Source: Candidatus Heimdallarchaeota archaeon (GTDB lineage: Archaea > Asgardarchaeota > Heimdallarchaeia > JABLTI01). From it: DNA of 64,000 nucleotides. Shown one piece after another: positions 38,944-49,178 of this stretch (its first letter is position 1; each line of letters begins with the position of its first letter). A program made the translations under genes and the position numbers. The notes beneath the pieces are model-generated. The model made no database searches and was not told the DNA's origin. It saw only the letters and a list, made by a program, of their open reading frames with translations. The stretch lies in NCBI GenBank assembly GCA_018238155.1, contig JABCTZ010000036.1:384001-448000 (forward strand), in the 5' to 3' direction.

Positions 38944-40137
38944 CTATTGGTTTCTAACCATAGTATAATTTGCATTGGCCACAATTTCAGAGAGTTCCTT
39001 TGGAGATGGTGGTTCAATTTCATCTTTTTTTTGATTCTCAGAACCTGGACAATCCTTTAGGCAAAAACTATTTTTCATTACATTAGAAAATGGATGAAAA
39101 AGAGTCTTGATGTCAAGAGCGATAATTGAATAGTAAATTGGTATGAAATCTGAAGTTAAATTTTTCTCAGGGTTTCTATCTAAAATTGCATCAGATGAAT
39201 TTCCTAATGTTATACCATCTTTATGTTGATCTTTGATTATTCTTTCTGTAATACCAATACATACCTTGTCACAAGTAGAGCATTGTAGCCTCTTGAATCC
39301 AATTGATTTCAATATTTCATCAAAATCTACTTTGAAATGAATATGCTTTTTCAAAGGTTGAAAGTTTCTATACAATTCCAGTTGATTTTTAAGCGTTTTT
39401 GAATTTGATGAAAAAAATTCTTTTTCTTTTCGTTCAAATATTACTGGAATTGAAATAGACCCTCGTTTGCACATAAGAAATCCTGCAATCGCATCTTCTA
39501 CTGACCCTCTTAAAATAGAGGCTATTTTTCCTTGTGATCCTTGAGGAAAACCACCAATACCTATCTCTTTTTGATCAAAAATAAAAGCAAATTCATCTTT
39601 TACTTCTAGCGAAATTGTATAATCGGGTTTTGTTAAATTTACCGTGAGCTGTTTCTCTTTGCCAAATACATCTAGAATCTTCGCTCCAATATTACCTGCT
39701 AACTCATTGGAGGAATATGGATGCTCACCATTTCGTTTGACTCTGACTGCAAATGAGGACGAAGATGGTATCCTTTCAGATATATATTTGACCGTAACGT
39801 CCAGAATTTCTTCGAGCTCTGAGCTGATTTTATGAGCTGCACTAACAGAAGTGATACCACTAACAAGATGTGCTAAAATGAAAACTGCTCTATCTCTTAA
39901 CTCTTTATCTTTGTAATCCCCTTTTGGGACATGATCCCATTTGTATAATTTAACAATTATTCTTCCCCAAAATCGATAATTTGTTACTTTAAACTTATCT
40001 GGGTGAATATTGTTATTTTTTAGTGTTCTTTCAATGTTTCTAACTAAACGCGCTTCAAGGAATTTTCTAACAGGAGTACTCTTTAAAGCAAGCTCCCCAT
40101 ATCGCACTAAAATCTCAGTTAGAATTATATTATTCAT
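38944..40137 (-). CDS. ThiI-like THUMP-domain protein with a degenerate PP-loop
   Basis: ILVRYGELALKS, SFAVRVKR, VNLTKPD and GIGGFPQGSQGK match ThiI, but the SGGxDS position reads RGSVED. Confidence 0.75.
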   Translation of the reverse strand: MNNIILTEILVRYGELALKSTPVRKFLEARLVRNIERTLKNNNIHPDKFKVTNYRFWGRIIVKLYKWDHVPKGDYKDKELRDRAVFILAHLVSGITSVSAAHKISSELEEILDVTVKYISERIPSSSSFAVRVKRNGEHPYSSNELAGNIGAKILDVFGKEKQLTVNLTKPDYTISLEVKDEFAFIFDQKEIGIGGFPQGSQGKIASILRGSVEDAIAGFLMCKRGSISIPVIFERKEKEFFSSNSKTLKNQLELYRNFQPLKKHIHFKVDFDEILKSIGFKRLQCSTCDKVCIGITERIIKDQHKDGITLGNSSDAILDRNPEKNLTSDFIPIYYSIIALDIKTLFHPFSNVMKNSFCLKDCPGSENQKKDEIEPPSPKELSEIVANANYTMVRNQ

Positions 40138-40241
40138 AATATAACATTAATTATTCTAAATTAAAAATTAGACGATAGTTTTTCTAAGGTAACTTACAAG
40201 TAATAATTGGAACAGGAAATGGTTAAAAAAGTATTATTGTT

Positions 40242-40508
40242 TTAATCAACATCCATTTGCTCTAGCATATCCCCATAAGAATCTTCTAATTCTTCACGTT
40301 CTTCATCTGTTAAAGCTTTCAAAGGACGTTTTTCAGTCACTTCGAGCTTGTCCTTAGGAGAGTGTTTTATTTCTCTTGTAATAGTATAAGCTTTTGTTTT
40401 GTTTTTACTAACCTTAACCTTATTTTCACAATTCACACAAACAAGATAGCTTACATTATCTTCTCGAATTGGTTTCATTAGATTTGAACATTTTTCGCAA
40501 AATTCCAA
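40242..40508 (-). CDS. Rpb9/TFS (RpoM)-like N-terminal zinc-ribbon protein lacking the C-terminal ribbon
   Basis: MEFCEKCSNLMKP...LVCVNC, then an acidic tail. GAGGTG RBS. Confidence 0.7.
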   Translation of the reverse strand: MEFCEKCSNLMKPIREDNVSYLVCVNCENKVKVSKNKTKAYTITREIKHSPKDKLEVTEKRPLKALTDEEREELEDSYGDMLEQMDVD

Positions 40509-40788
40509 TTTGGATACACCTCTTCTTCTGAGATTTCGCTGTTGTGATTAAACTCATTCTTATATTTTATCATAATTCAATATATAACAATTGTTTATTG
40601 AAATTATATTAGTTTCACAATATTAACTATTAAATTTATCGGAATTAACTAACCTATAAATAAAGAGCTTTTTGTTTCTCTAGATTTCTTTAAATTGAAG
40701 TGATTATAGACAAAAAGAATTGATAAAGAATTCTCAGAAGTCAAAGTAAAACAATATAACTACATCGTAATTAGTATCTCGATAGGAA

Positions 40789-40959
40789 CTATGAAGCTAC
40801 AACTGGTATATTTTCTACACTTTGTATTGATATTTCATCTTCATTTTCTTCTACATATATCCACCAACCACAAATGCAACGAACCATTCGATCCACTTGT
40901 GTAAGATGACCATTTAGGCAACCTGGACATTTGAAGTTAGTAATTTGAATTGCAGCCAT
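40789..40959 (-). CDS. Small Zn-ribbon protein
   Basis: CPGC..H....CICGWW. ATG 40959 preferred. Confidence 0.5.
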   Translation of the reverse strand: MAAIQITNFKCPGCLNGHLTQVDRMVRCICGWWIYVEENEDEISIQSVENIPVVAS

Positions 40960-41183
40960 ATTGCTCACTATTTCATTATAGTGTAGTTTTAACATAAGTA
41001 AATGACATTGAGAGATGACCGAAAGTATTCGATGATCCTTTGTTAGAATAATTGAATGTTGTATTGAACAGAGATTTAGCTGACTTTTCTTTTAAGCAAC
41101 AAAGTTAATGGGTTAAGATCATACTTTACTATCTGGAAAATATTATATTCACAAAAAACAAAGAAAATTAGGGTTGATAAAAT

Positions 41184-42017
41184 TTGACAATAGAAAAAAT
41201 CGTTGAAAATGTTTATTCTATATCTGATGGGAGTACTCGTGGAAATGTTGCAGCTTACGTTTTACCGAATCAAATAATCTTCATCGATTCAGGAATGAAT
41301 TTACCTTTAGTAAAAGAATTTAGAGAAAAACTTGAGAAAGAAACAGGTAAAAAAACCACCTATCTTTTAATTACTCATACACACGGTGATCATATATTTG
41401 GTAATCAAGTGTTCAAAGATTGTAAGATCATTTCTTCAAAACATACCGAAGAACGAATGATAGAAAGCGAGAAAACCAATTGGGCTCCTGACAAAATAGT
41501 TGAGATGATAAAAAACGCTGAAGATCCCTCAACACTTGAAGGATTAGTAATCGTTCTACCTACAGAAACATTTGACGATCGAATGGAAATTACCGATGGG
41601 GATGTTAAAATAATTTTCAAACGAACAGGTGGCCACACAGAAGGGTCTTCATATGTTTATTGTCCTACTTACAAAACACTAACAGCAGGAGATAATTTAT
41701 TTATTGATAACTTTCCATGGGGCGGAGCACCTTCTGCTAACCCTGAAAAATGGATTGCTGCCCTTGAAGAATATTTGTCACTTGATATTGATTATTATTT
41801 ACCCGGTCATGGTCCTGTTTCAAACAAAGATAAAATTCAAGAGTTCTTGACTTACATTACAAAAGCTGTTGATCTTATGAGAAAAATGATTGCTGAAGGA
41901 AAAACTGAAGAGGAGATAATCAAAGAAACAGACAAAATTGATTACCACCCTCCGAAAAGACCTCAATGGAAAGAACTCACCTTAAAGAAATGGTATGAAG
42001 TGCTTGCATCAAAATGA
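41184..42017 (+). CDS. MBL-fold metallo-hydrolase
   Basis: THTHGDHIFGN, GGHTEG, AGD and PGHG motifs. Confidence 0.9.
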   Translation: MTIEKIVENVYSISDGSTRGNVAAYVLPNQIIFIDSGMNLPLVKEFREKLEKETGKKTTYLLITHTHGDHIFGNQVFKDCKIISSKHTEERMIESEKTNWAPDKIVEMIKNAEDPSTLEGLVIVLPTETFDDRMEITDGDVKIIFKRTGGHTEGSSYVYCPTYKTLTAGDNLFIDNFPWGGAPSANPEKWIAALEEYLSLDIDYYLPGHGPVSNKDKIQEFLTYITKAVDLMRKMIAEGKTEEEIIKETDKIDYHPPKRPQWKELTLKKWYEVLASK

Positions 42018-42123
42018 TTCTCTTTCTCTCTAAAATGAGAATCAGTTTACCTTTCTACCAGAAACTATTTATTGCTCTTCTTTCTATATTCTTTTCATAC
42101 GATATATTACTCGTTGGTGTTAA

Positions 42124-43014
42124 ATGATGACAATTTCTAAAATAAAAGCGAATGGAATAGAGATTAGAATTCAAGAATTTAGAAATGAAGGAAAAGAAAC
42201 GATAGTTTTTCTTCATTATGGAGGAGCTACATTAGGGATTTGGAATGGTGTTATCCCTCAATTTAAAGAAAATTATCGTATTATTGCTCAAGATTTAAGG
42301 TGTCATGGTTTTACTGACAAGCCAACAGATAAATGCCACATTGATGATATGGCAAAGGATTTAGTAAGTATTCTAGATCAGCTCAAAGTTGAAAAAGCCC
42401 ATCTGGTAGGAAGTTCAATGGGTGCAGATGTAGCTATTAGTTTTGCAGCGAATAATCCTGAACGTGTTACATCATTAGTTCTTGATGGTGGTTTGTATGA
42501 CATTGTAGGACCTGATAGCAAAGAACAGTTGATTACAAAAGAAGCAATCGAAAAAGCTAGAAATGAATTGAAAGAACGAATTTTGACTCGTCCACGGAAA
42601 TACTATGAGTCCAAAGAAGAGTATTTGGTTGAAAATAAAGAAGGTTGGGAAAAATACTTTCCATGGTCAGATGTAGTACGAATTGCAACTGAAGATGAAA
42701 TAATGGAAACAGAAGATGGAAAGTACACTAATCCTCAGTCTCCAGAAGAAATTTGGTCCTATATTGAACCTTTGTATGACGTCACTTTTGCTGATTATTA
42801 TAACAAATTCAATTGTCCAATTCTTTGGTTGCCAGACGAAAAAGAACGAGATAATGAAATAGTTTTACGAAATCTTAAGAAATATGCTAAAAATAAACGA
42901 TATACTAAGAAAGTTACTCTCAAGGGTTCAGTACACGCTTATACTTGTTTACTTAAGCATGAAGAGTTTAGCAACGAAATTATTCAATTCTATGAAGAAA
43001 TAAAGGGACTATAA
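42124..43014 (+). CDS. Alpha/beta hydrolase
   Basis: DLRCHG, GSSMGA nucleophile and C-terminal GSVH. Confidence 0.85.
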   Translation: MMTISKIKANGIEIRIQEFRNEGKETIVFLHYGGATLGIWNGVIPQFKENYRIIAQDLRCHGFTDKPTDKCHIDDMAKDLVSILDQLKVEKAHLVGSSMGADVAISFAANNPERVTSLVLDGGLYDIVGPDSKEQLITKEAIEKARNELKERILTRPRKYYESKEEYLVENKEGWEKYFPWSDVVRIATEDEIMETEDGKYTNPQSPEEIWSYIEPLYDVTFADYYNKFNCPILWLPDEKERDNEIVLRNLKKYAKNKRYTKKVTLKGSVHAYTCLLKHEEFSNEIIQFYEEIKGL

Positions 43015-43042
43015 AAAAACCCTTTTTCTTTTTTAACTATAA

Positions 43043-44641
43043 TCAGATGTCATTATTCAGTGGTACTCGATCAACCATTGAAATCTGCAACTCTGTATTG
43101 TAAAGAGTTTTCGCTTTTTCAGGAAAATCAAGAGAATAGTGAACACCACGGCTTTCCATTCGACCTTTCGCACATCTGATGATGAGTTCAGCTACTTGCG
43201 CAAGATTTCTAAGATCAAGAAGAGATGGATGTAATTTGAAATCCCAATAGAATTGGTTAATTTCTTTCATAACCATGTCAAGTCTATTGCCTGCTCGAAT
43301 CAATCTATTATTTGAGCGAACTATTCCAACATAGTTCCACATGAATCTTCTAATCTCTTCCCAGTTTTGTTTAACAATAACCATTTCATCTGGATCTTCA
43401 GCCATACCGGGGTCCCAATAAGGAAATGGTTGTTTCTTTGTTGAATTATTGCTCATCATTAAACTGGCTGCATATTTTGCTGACTTGTCTCCAACTACCA
43501 GTCCTTCTAAAAGGGAATTGCTAGCTAATCGGTTCGCCCCATTGAATCCTGTGCAAGAAACTTCTCCAATAGCTAAAAGATTTTTTATTGAAGTTTGACC
43601 TGAGGTATTAGCTTTAACTCCGCCTATAGAATAGTGAGCTGCAGGAATAACAGGTATAGGTTGTTCTGTGATATCAAGTCCAAATGATTTGCATTTACCA
43701 TAAATCATAGGAAATCTCTTTTTAATGAAATCTGAATCTTTATGCGTGATATCGAGAAAAACGCTATCTGCACCTGAAATCTTTAATACAGTATCAATTG
43801 ATCGTGAAACAATATCTCTGGGAGCAAGCTCTTTCTTTGGGTGATATTTCTTCATAAATTGTTTGCCATTCAAATCAATTAGCTTTGCGCCTTCTCCACG
43901 CATTGCCTCGGTTATAAGAAATGATTTTGCATGAGGATGATATAAACACGTTGGATGAAATTGTACCATTTCCATGTTGATTATTGATGCACCTGCACGA
44001 TAAGCCATAGCAATACCATCACCAGTACTAATATCGGGGTTACTTGTAACAAGGAAGACTTTACCTGCTCCACCTGTAGCCAAAGTTGTAACGCTTGCTT
44101 GAAAATTAATTATATTACCTTTGTTTTTTTCTAATACATAAGCGCCAATACAAATGTTATTGTCAACAAACAAATTAATTGCTACGTGATCCTCATAAAA
44201 TGTTATATTTGGTTCTTTGCGAGCTGCTTCTACCATTTTCGATTCAATTTCAATACCAGTTCTATCTGCTGCATGGAGAACTCGTCTTTTCGAGTGCCCT
44301 CCTTCTAAACCAAGGTCGTAAATTCCTTTCTCTTTCGAGAATTTAACATTATAATTATCGATTAATTCTTGAACCAGTTTTGGTCCTGCTAAAACAATTT
44401 CTTCAACAATATCTGGTCTGCATAAACCTGCTCCTGCTGAAAGAGTGTCTTGAATATGTTCTTGGAAAGAATCCTTTTCATCAAATACAGTAGCTATACC
44501 TCCTTGAGCATAAAGTGTAGAGCCTTCAGTTATTTTATCTTTACTAAGTAAAGAAACAGTCCCGTATTTCGCAGCCTTTATTGCGAAAGATAATCCGCTT
44601 ATACCACTACCAATAACTAAGAAATCCGATGAGATTTTCAA
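43043..44641 (-). CDS. nadB: L-aspartate oxidase
   Basis: VIGSGISG, YAQGGIA, EGGHSKRRVLHA, QFHPT, ELAPRDIVSR, GANRLASNSLLE and ESRGVHY motifs. Confidence 0.95.
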   Translation of the reverse strand: MKISSDFLVIGSGISGLSFAIKAAKYGTVSLLSKDKITEGSTLYAQGGIATVFDEKDSFQEHIQDTLSAGAGLCRPDIVEEIVLAGPKLVQELIDNYNVKFSKEKGIYDLGLEGGHSKRRVLHAADRTGIEIESKMVEAARKEPNITFYEDHVAINLFVDNNICIGAYVLEKNKGNIINFQASVTTLATGGAGKVFLVTSNPDISTGDGIAMAYRAGASIINMEMVQFHPTCLYHPHAKSFLITEAMRGEGAKLIDLNGKQFMKKYHPKKELAPRDIVSRSIDTVLKISGADSVFLDITHKDSDFIKKRFPMIYGKCKSFGLDITEQPIPVIPAAHYSIGGVKANTSGQTSIKNLLAIGEVSCTGFNGANRLASNSLLEGLVVGDKSAKYAASLMMSNNSTKKQPFPYWDPGMAEDPDEMVIVKQNWEEIRRFMWNYVGIVRSNNRLIRAGNRLDMVMKEINQFYWDFKLHPSLLDLRNLAQVAELIIRCAKGRMESRGVHYSLDFPEKAKTLYNTELQISMVDRVPLNNDI

Positions 44642-44707
44642 GCGTAGACCTCAATTATTACAATTGATTATAATGATTAATTTCAAAACATAAATGTTTG
44701 TATATAT

Positions 44708-45448
44708 TTATTCTTTTGTAATTTCCACTTTAAGCGGTTCATCATTGATGATTGGTGTTTTCGATTTTTTAAGAAGAAACCAAGCACCTATTCCTTGAAT
44801 GCCAAAGAATATTACTTCTGTATAAACGATTACTTTTTGCCCTACAACTTGAATTAGCTTTCCAATATCAGTACCAGAGCTTGGCCCTACAAATAAAATA
44901 AACAAATATCCTGCTAGAATCAATGTGAAAACAACATAAATCCATGCATAGACATTTGGATAATTCTTCTCAAGAAAAATTCCTACACTATATAATGTCG
45001 TTGTGAGTATTGATGCAGAGAAAGCTGTATATACTGCATATGTGTGAGCATCACCAAATAAATCATATGGCAGAAAACCAATTAATGCATAAGCAATCGC
45101 TGTTAGAAGTCCGTTTATTGTTCCAATAATAATCAACCATTTCGCTACTTTGCTTTCAGTGAAGAAAGTTGGTAAAGTAATAAAATATAATGTTAAAGAT
45201 ATAGCAACAACTGTTAAAGCAACGGTAAATAATACTCTTGAGGTAATATTTGTTTCACCAAGAAATGTTTGTGCTCTTCCCAAATCACTAAAGTAATTCT
45301 CAAGAAAAAAATAACTGGTGGCTGTTTGATTAGCAAAAGTTCCTCCAGGATAGATGATCATAGCTATTCCTGTTAAGATTACAAATAGAAGGCAACCACA
45401 AAATGCTGTTAGTAAGAACGCTTCTTTGACTTTTATGGGGAAATTCAC
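44708..45448 (-). CDS. Multi-pass membrane protein (DUF998-like)
   Basis: YPGG...NYFSDLG and about 6 TM helices. Confidence 0.6.
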   Translation of the reverse strand: MNFPIKVKEAFLLTAFCGCLLFVILTGIAMIIYPGGTFANQTATSYFFLENYFSDLGRAQTFLGETNITSRVLFTVALTVVAISLTLYFITLPTFFTESKVAKWLIIIGTINGLLTAIAYALIGFLPYDLFGDAHTYAVYTAFSASILTTTLYSVGIFLEKNYPNVYAWIYVVFTLILAGYLFILFVGPSSGTDIGKLIQVVGQKVIVYTEVIFFGIQGIGAWFLLKKSKTPIINDEPLKVEITKE

Positions 45449-45643
45449 AATAAATCACTATTTGGTTATAAATAAATTTTCTACGATTTACCGCTTTTTT
45501 AATTTGTGTAAAGATTTCTATTATTGTTCTGAGAAAAATTTCTTTATTAATAGAATTAACAACTTTGAGAGAGAAGTATTTTTTAGATTGAACCTAACGT
45601 GCTATTAAATGAAAGGCGGAATTAGAAATTTAGAAGTAATACG

Positions 45644-45728
45644 TGCGTGGAAACGCTCAGTAGAGTCGTCCCACGCAAACAGGAGATAGTCATTTATTAA
45701 ATAGCGTGATAATGGCATTTTCACGCTA
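45644..45728. other. Two GC-rich hairpins in an AT-rich intergenic region (possible structured RNA)
   Basis: TGCGTGG...CCACGCA (45644-45677) and TAGCGTGA...TCACGCTA (45702-45728). Confidence 0.4.
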
Positions 45729-45884
45729 ACAGTAAATACGCTTTCTTAGTATATTAATGTCTTTATATTATACGGTTACCAATGCGTAAAAGAAATTTCT
45801 TATTTACAAATAAAAATGAAGTCTTAAAAAAATAATACTAAATTAGATTTTTTTAAAAAAAAGAAATTTGTCTAGGAAATTGAA

Positions 45885-46226
45885 CTATTTAACTTTCAAT
45901 AATTCAACTTCGAAGATAAGAGTCGAATTTGGTGGAATCAGTCCATTCCCTACATTACGATTTCCATAAGCTAGTTGAGGAGGAATGGTTAATTTTCTTT
46001 TACCACCAACTTTCATTGTGATAACTCCTTGATCCCATCCTTTAATTACTTGACCAACTCCAATTTGAAATTCTAGAGGTTCCTTACGGTCAACTGAGCT
46101 ATCAAATTTCTTACCATTTGTTAACCAACCTGTATAATGTACTGAGATCTTATCTCCTTTTTTTGGGATTGGACCTGTACCTTCTTTGATCTCTTCGATT
46201 TGTAAATCTGTCATTAATTCTACCAC
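45885..46226 (-). CDS. FKBP-type peptidyl-prolyl isomerase
   Basis: VHYTGWLTNGKKFDSS, QVIKGWDQG and IPPNSTLIFEVELL motifs. Confidence 0.95.
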   Translation of the reverse strand: MVELMTDLQIEEIKEGTGPIPKKGDKISVHYTGWLTNGKKFDSSVDRKEPLEFQIGVGQVIKGWDQGVITMKVGGKRKLTIPPQLAYGNRNVGNGLIPPNSTLIFEVELLKVK

Positions 46227-46370
46227 TCAGAATTTGTTGTCTATTATTAGAGTATGATACTGTGCTATAAAATAGTTTGTAAAGTAGATTATGAATTACT
46301 AGAAAAAAACTCCCTCAAATTATTAACGTATATTTATAAGTACTAAAGAATCAATTTATCTTGGATTTCA

Positions 46371-47747
46371 ATGAAGTTAATGAAAACGATTTCTAAAAAG
46401 GGTATTAGAAAATTTTTTGTAATTTTACTTTTTATAAGTGTTATACTACCAAATAATATTAATCGAATTAAAGCTGTTGACTCTCCAGTGTTAATCTCAC
46501 CTGCTGATGGTGAGCATACCACTGATTCGACACCAACATTTGATTGGGGAGATATTAGTGGAGCAACCGTTTATAATTTAGAAGTTGTTACAGATATTGG
46601 TTTCATCAGTGCAGTAATAAATATCACAACACCTTCAAGTACGTTTACTCCGGCATCAAATATTTCAGATGATACTTACTACTGGCGTGTTCGTGCAACT
46701 GATGATGGGGTAAATTGGAGCTCTTGGAGTTCTATCTGGACAATAGTGGTCGATACAATTGCTCCAGAGCAAATAAATTTAATTTCACCAGTGGATGGTT
46801 TAATCACCAGCAATGATAGACCAACTTTTAGTTGGAGTTCAATAAGTGATTCATACAGATATCAATTACAAGTTATTCGAGATACAGGTAATATTGCAAC
46901 CTATACCTTAATCCCAAACTCGCAGCAATCAAGTATCCTATCTGATTCCACTTATACTTGGCGTGTTCGAGCATCAGATGAAGCAGGTAATTGGGGTATT
47001 TGGAGTCTTAATAGAACAATTATTATTGATACAACTAACCCAACAATAACGAATGTATCTCATGAACCAACCTCACCAACTATTCATGATACTGTGACAA
47101 TTTCTTGTACGGTAACTGATGTTGTTGGTATTAATGAAATTAACCTAGTTTATTTGATAAATTACGGCACGCCTGTTGAATTAGAAATGACTTGCGTTTC
47201 TGACGATCAATATTCTGTTGATATAGGTCCTTTTGTAATTGATGACTTTATAATGTATGCTTTTGAAGCATATGATAATGCATCTAATAGAGTTGTAGAT
47301 GATAATGATGATAAATTTTACAACTTTACTGTAACAGATGATTTAACTGGACCTGTAATTGAGAATATCGTTCAAACAGAGGATATTAAAGCAGGTATGC
47401 CAGTAAGCATCAATTGTACCGTCTCTGATATAAGTGGAGTTCAATCCGTAGTAATCTGTTATAGACTAAATAATGGATCCTGGTTCATGCAAGGAATGCT
47501 AGTGCTCTCTGGAACTTTATATGGAACAACAATAGGACCATTTGAAGCTGGTGACATAGTTGATTACTATATTCTGGCAAAGGATAATTCAACAAAAAAC
47601 AATAGTGCTGTAAATGATAACAGTGGCTCATATTATAATTTCACATTAGATTCAATACCAACTCCTACATTTATTACACCATTATGCTATGTCATCCCAA
47701 TATTGTTTATTTTGGGATTAATCAATGTAGGAAGGAAAAGGAGATAA
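46371..47747 (+). CDS. Secreted/surface protein with FN3/Ig-like domains and a C-terminal membrane anchor
   Basis: Signal-like N-terminus, duplicated TYYWRVRATD / TYTWRVRASD, many N-x-S/T sequons, TM helix plus RKRR tail. Confidence 0.8.
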   Translation: MKLMKTISKKGIRKFFVILLFISVILPNNINRIKAVDSPVLISPADGEHTTDSTPTFDWGDISGATVYNLEVVTDIGFISAVINITTPSSTFTPASNISDDTYYWRVRATDDGVNWSSWSSIWTIVVDTIAPEQINLISPVDGLITSNDRPTFSWSSISDSYRYQLQVIRDTGNIATYTLIPNSQQSSILSDSTYTWRVRASDEAGNWGIWSLNRTIIIDTTNPTITNVSHEPTSPTIHDTVTISCTVTDVVGINEINLVYLINYGTPVELEMTCVSDDQYSVDIGPFVIDDFIMYAFEAYDNASNRVVDDNDDKFYNFTVTDDLTGPVIENIVQTEDIKAGMPVSINCTVSDISGVQSVVICYRLNNGSWFMQGMLVLSGTLYGTTIGPFEAGDIVDYYILAKDNSTKNNSAVNDNSGSYYNFTLDSIPTPTFITPLCYVIPILFILGLINVGRKRR

Positions 47748-47754
47748 TCCTTTT

Positions 47755-49077
47755 CTATTCTTTTTCATCTTTTTTTTGTTTTGCTAGTCTTTTCTTTACA
47801 ATTTTACTTTGAATCAATGGTATTAATCCGGCAATTGGATATGCAGTCATAGCTATTGGAAAGAGAATGGTTCCTAAAGAAGCAAATGCCAATCCTCCTA
47901 TGAGTGTACCTGTTGCACGCATGCCACGTTGTCCTGTTTGTAATATGCCCAAAGTTTTACCTCGATGTTTCGGTGCAATCCATTCATACATAAAGCTATT
48001 CCAAGCAGCACTAGGACACATAGCAAAAAATGCTCGAATAATATAGAATATTGCAGCAACATAGAAAGTATTTGCAAGCATAATACCAACAGCAGCAGGA
48101 ATAACTAATGCCCAAGATATAACAATAATAATTTCTTTACCTATTTTTTCTGCAAATAACCCCATTAAAATGTACCCGAACGTAAGAACGATCCAAAAGA
48201 TGCAATTCAACCAACCCCACATTTCTGTTGCATTGATATAATTATCTGTTAAAAATTCAGCATAAATATACCACCCAACAAAAGGTATTGCCACACCACT
48301 TGTAAAACCCATGAGCATTCTTCCAAGACCAAAACTGACTTGCACACCTAAAATTGACTTTTTGTCTTCTTTTTTATCTGAAAATTGTGTAAACTCATCT
48401 TGGCTATCTTTAGATAATTTTTCAGCATATTCTATTTCTGCTTTTGGAGTCTCTTCTACAACTAATTTCAAAGTGAAAACTAGAATTAAGGCTACAACCG
48501 CAAATCCAGCCATTATTGTAAAAGCCCAATCAAAATTTAATCCCGGTATTGTTAACATATACATAGAAATAATTGGTGCTAAAGCATTAGCAATTCCTCT
48601 TGTTGTTTGATTTGCTGTAAAACCTCTAGTACGATCTTGCCCTTTTTTGGTTTCATTGGCTATGAACGTATTCGTTGAAATCATCATCAATTGTTGACCA
48701 ATTGCAAAGAGTCCATAGAAGACAATTGATAACGCCAAAATTGAGACTCGAGTAAAAACAACTGCAGATACAATAGTGCATATTAAACCTACAACCATTG
48801 TAGTACGCTTAAACTGTATGTCAACAACAATACCAAGAAGAAATACAACTGCCATAGATGCGTATCCTCCAATAGCGAGGATCAATCCATATTCATAGTC
48901 TGTCCAATTCATGATATCTTCTGCAAAAGGTATCAATAGAACTCGGAACCCTTCACCAAAAATTCTATAGAAGAAATTAACTATTAAAATATTAATTAAA
49001 ATCCCTTTATGTGTTCCATTACCATTTAACCTAGAATATAGATTCTCTTTCTTAGGTTTGGAACTTCGCTCAGACAT
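47755..49077 (-). CDS. MFS transporter
   Basis: About 12 TM helices and GLFAEKIGKE motif A. Confidence 0.8.
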   Translation of the reverse strand: MSERSSKPKKENLYSRLNGNGTHKGILINILIVNFFYRIFGEGFRVLLIPFAEDIMNWTDYEYGLILAIGGYASMAVVFLLGIVVDIQFKRTTMVVGLICTIVSAVVFTRVSILALSIVFYGLFAIGQQLMMISTNTFIANETKKGQDRTRGFTANQTTRGIANALAPIISMYMLTIPGLNFDWAFTIMAGFAVVALILVFTLKLVVEETPKAEIEYAEKLSKDSQDEFTQFSDKKEDKKSILGVQVSFGLGRMLMGFTSGVAIPFVGWYIYAEFLTDNYINATEMWGWLNCIFWIVLTFGYILMGLFAEKIGKEIIIVISWALVIPAAVGIMLANTFYVAAIFYIIRAFFAMCPSAAWNSFMYEWIAPKHRGKTLGILQTGQRGMRATGTLIGGLAFASLGTILFPIAMTAYPIAGLIPLIQSKIVKKRLAKQKKDEKE

Positions 49078-49178
49078 AGATTTCGTTAAACATTCAATGG
49101 ATTTTTAATGTTTTGGTATGGTTTAATAAATTGGCTAAAAAATAGAAATTAAGATGGATGCTACCATCTCAAAAAAAG

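Noticed and set aside
45644-45677. Hairpin as a SECIS element or tRNA fragment
   Set aside because: No neighbouring gene shows an in-frame UGA, and there is no cloverleaf or T-loop consensus.
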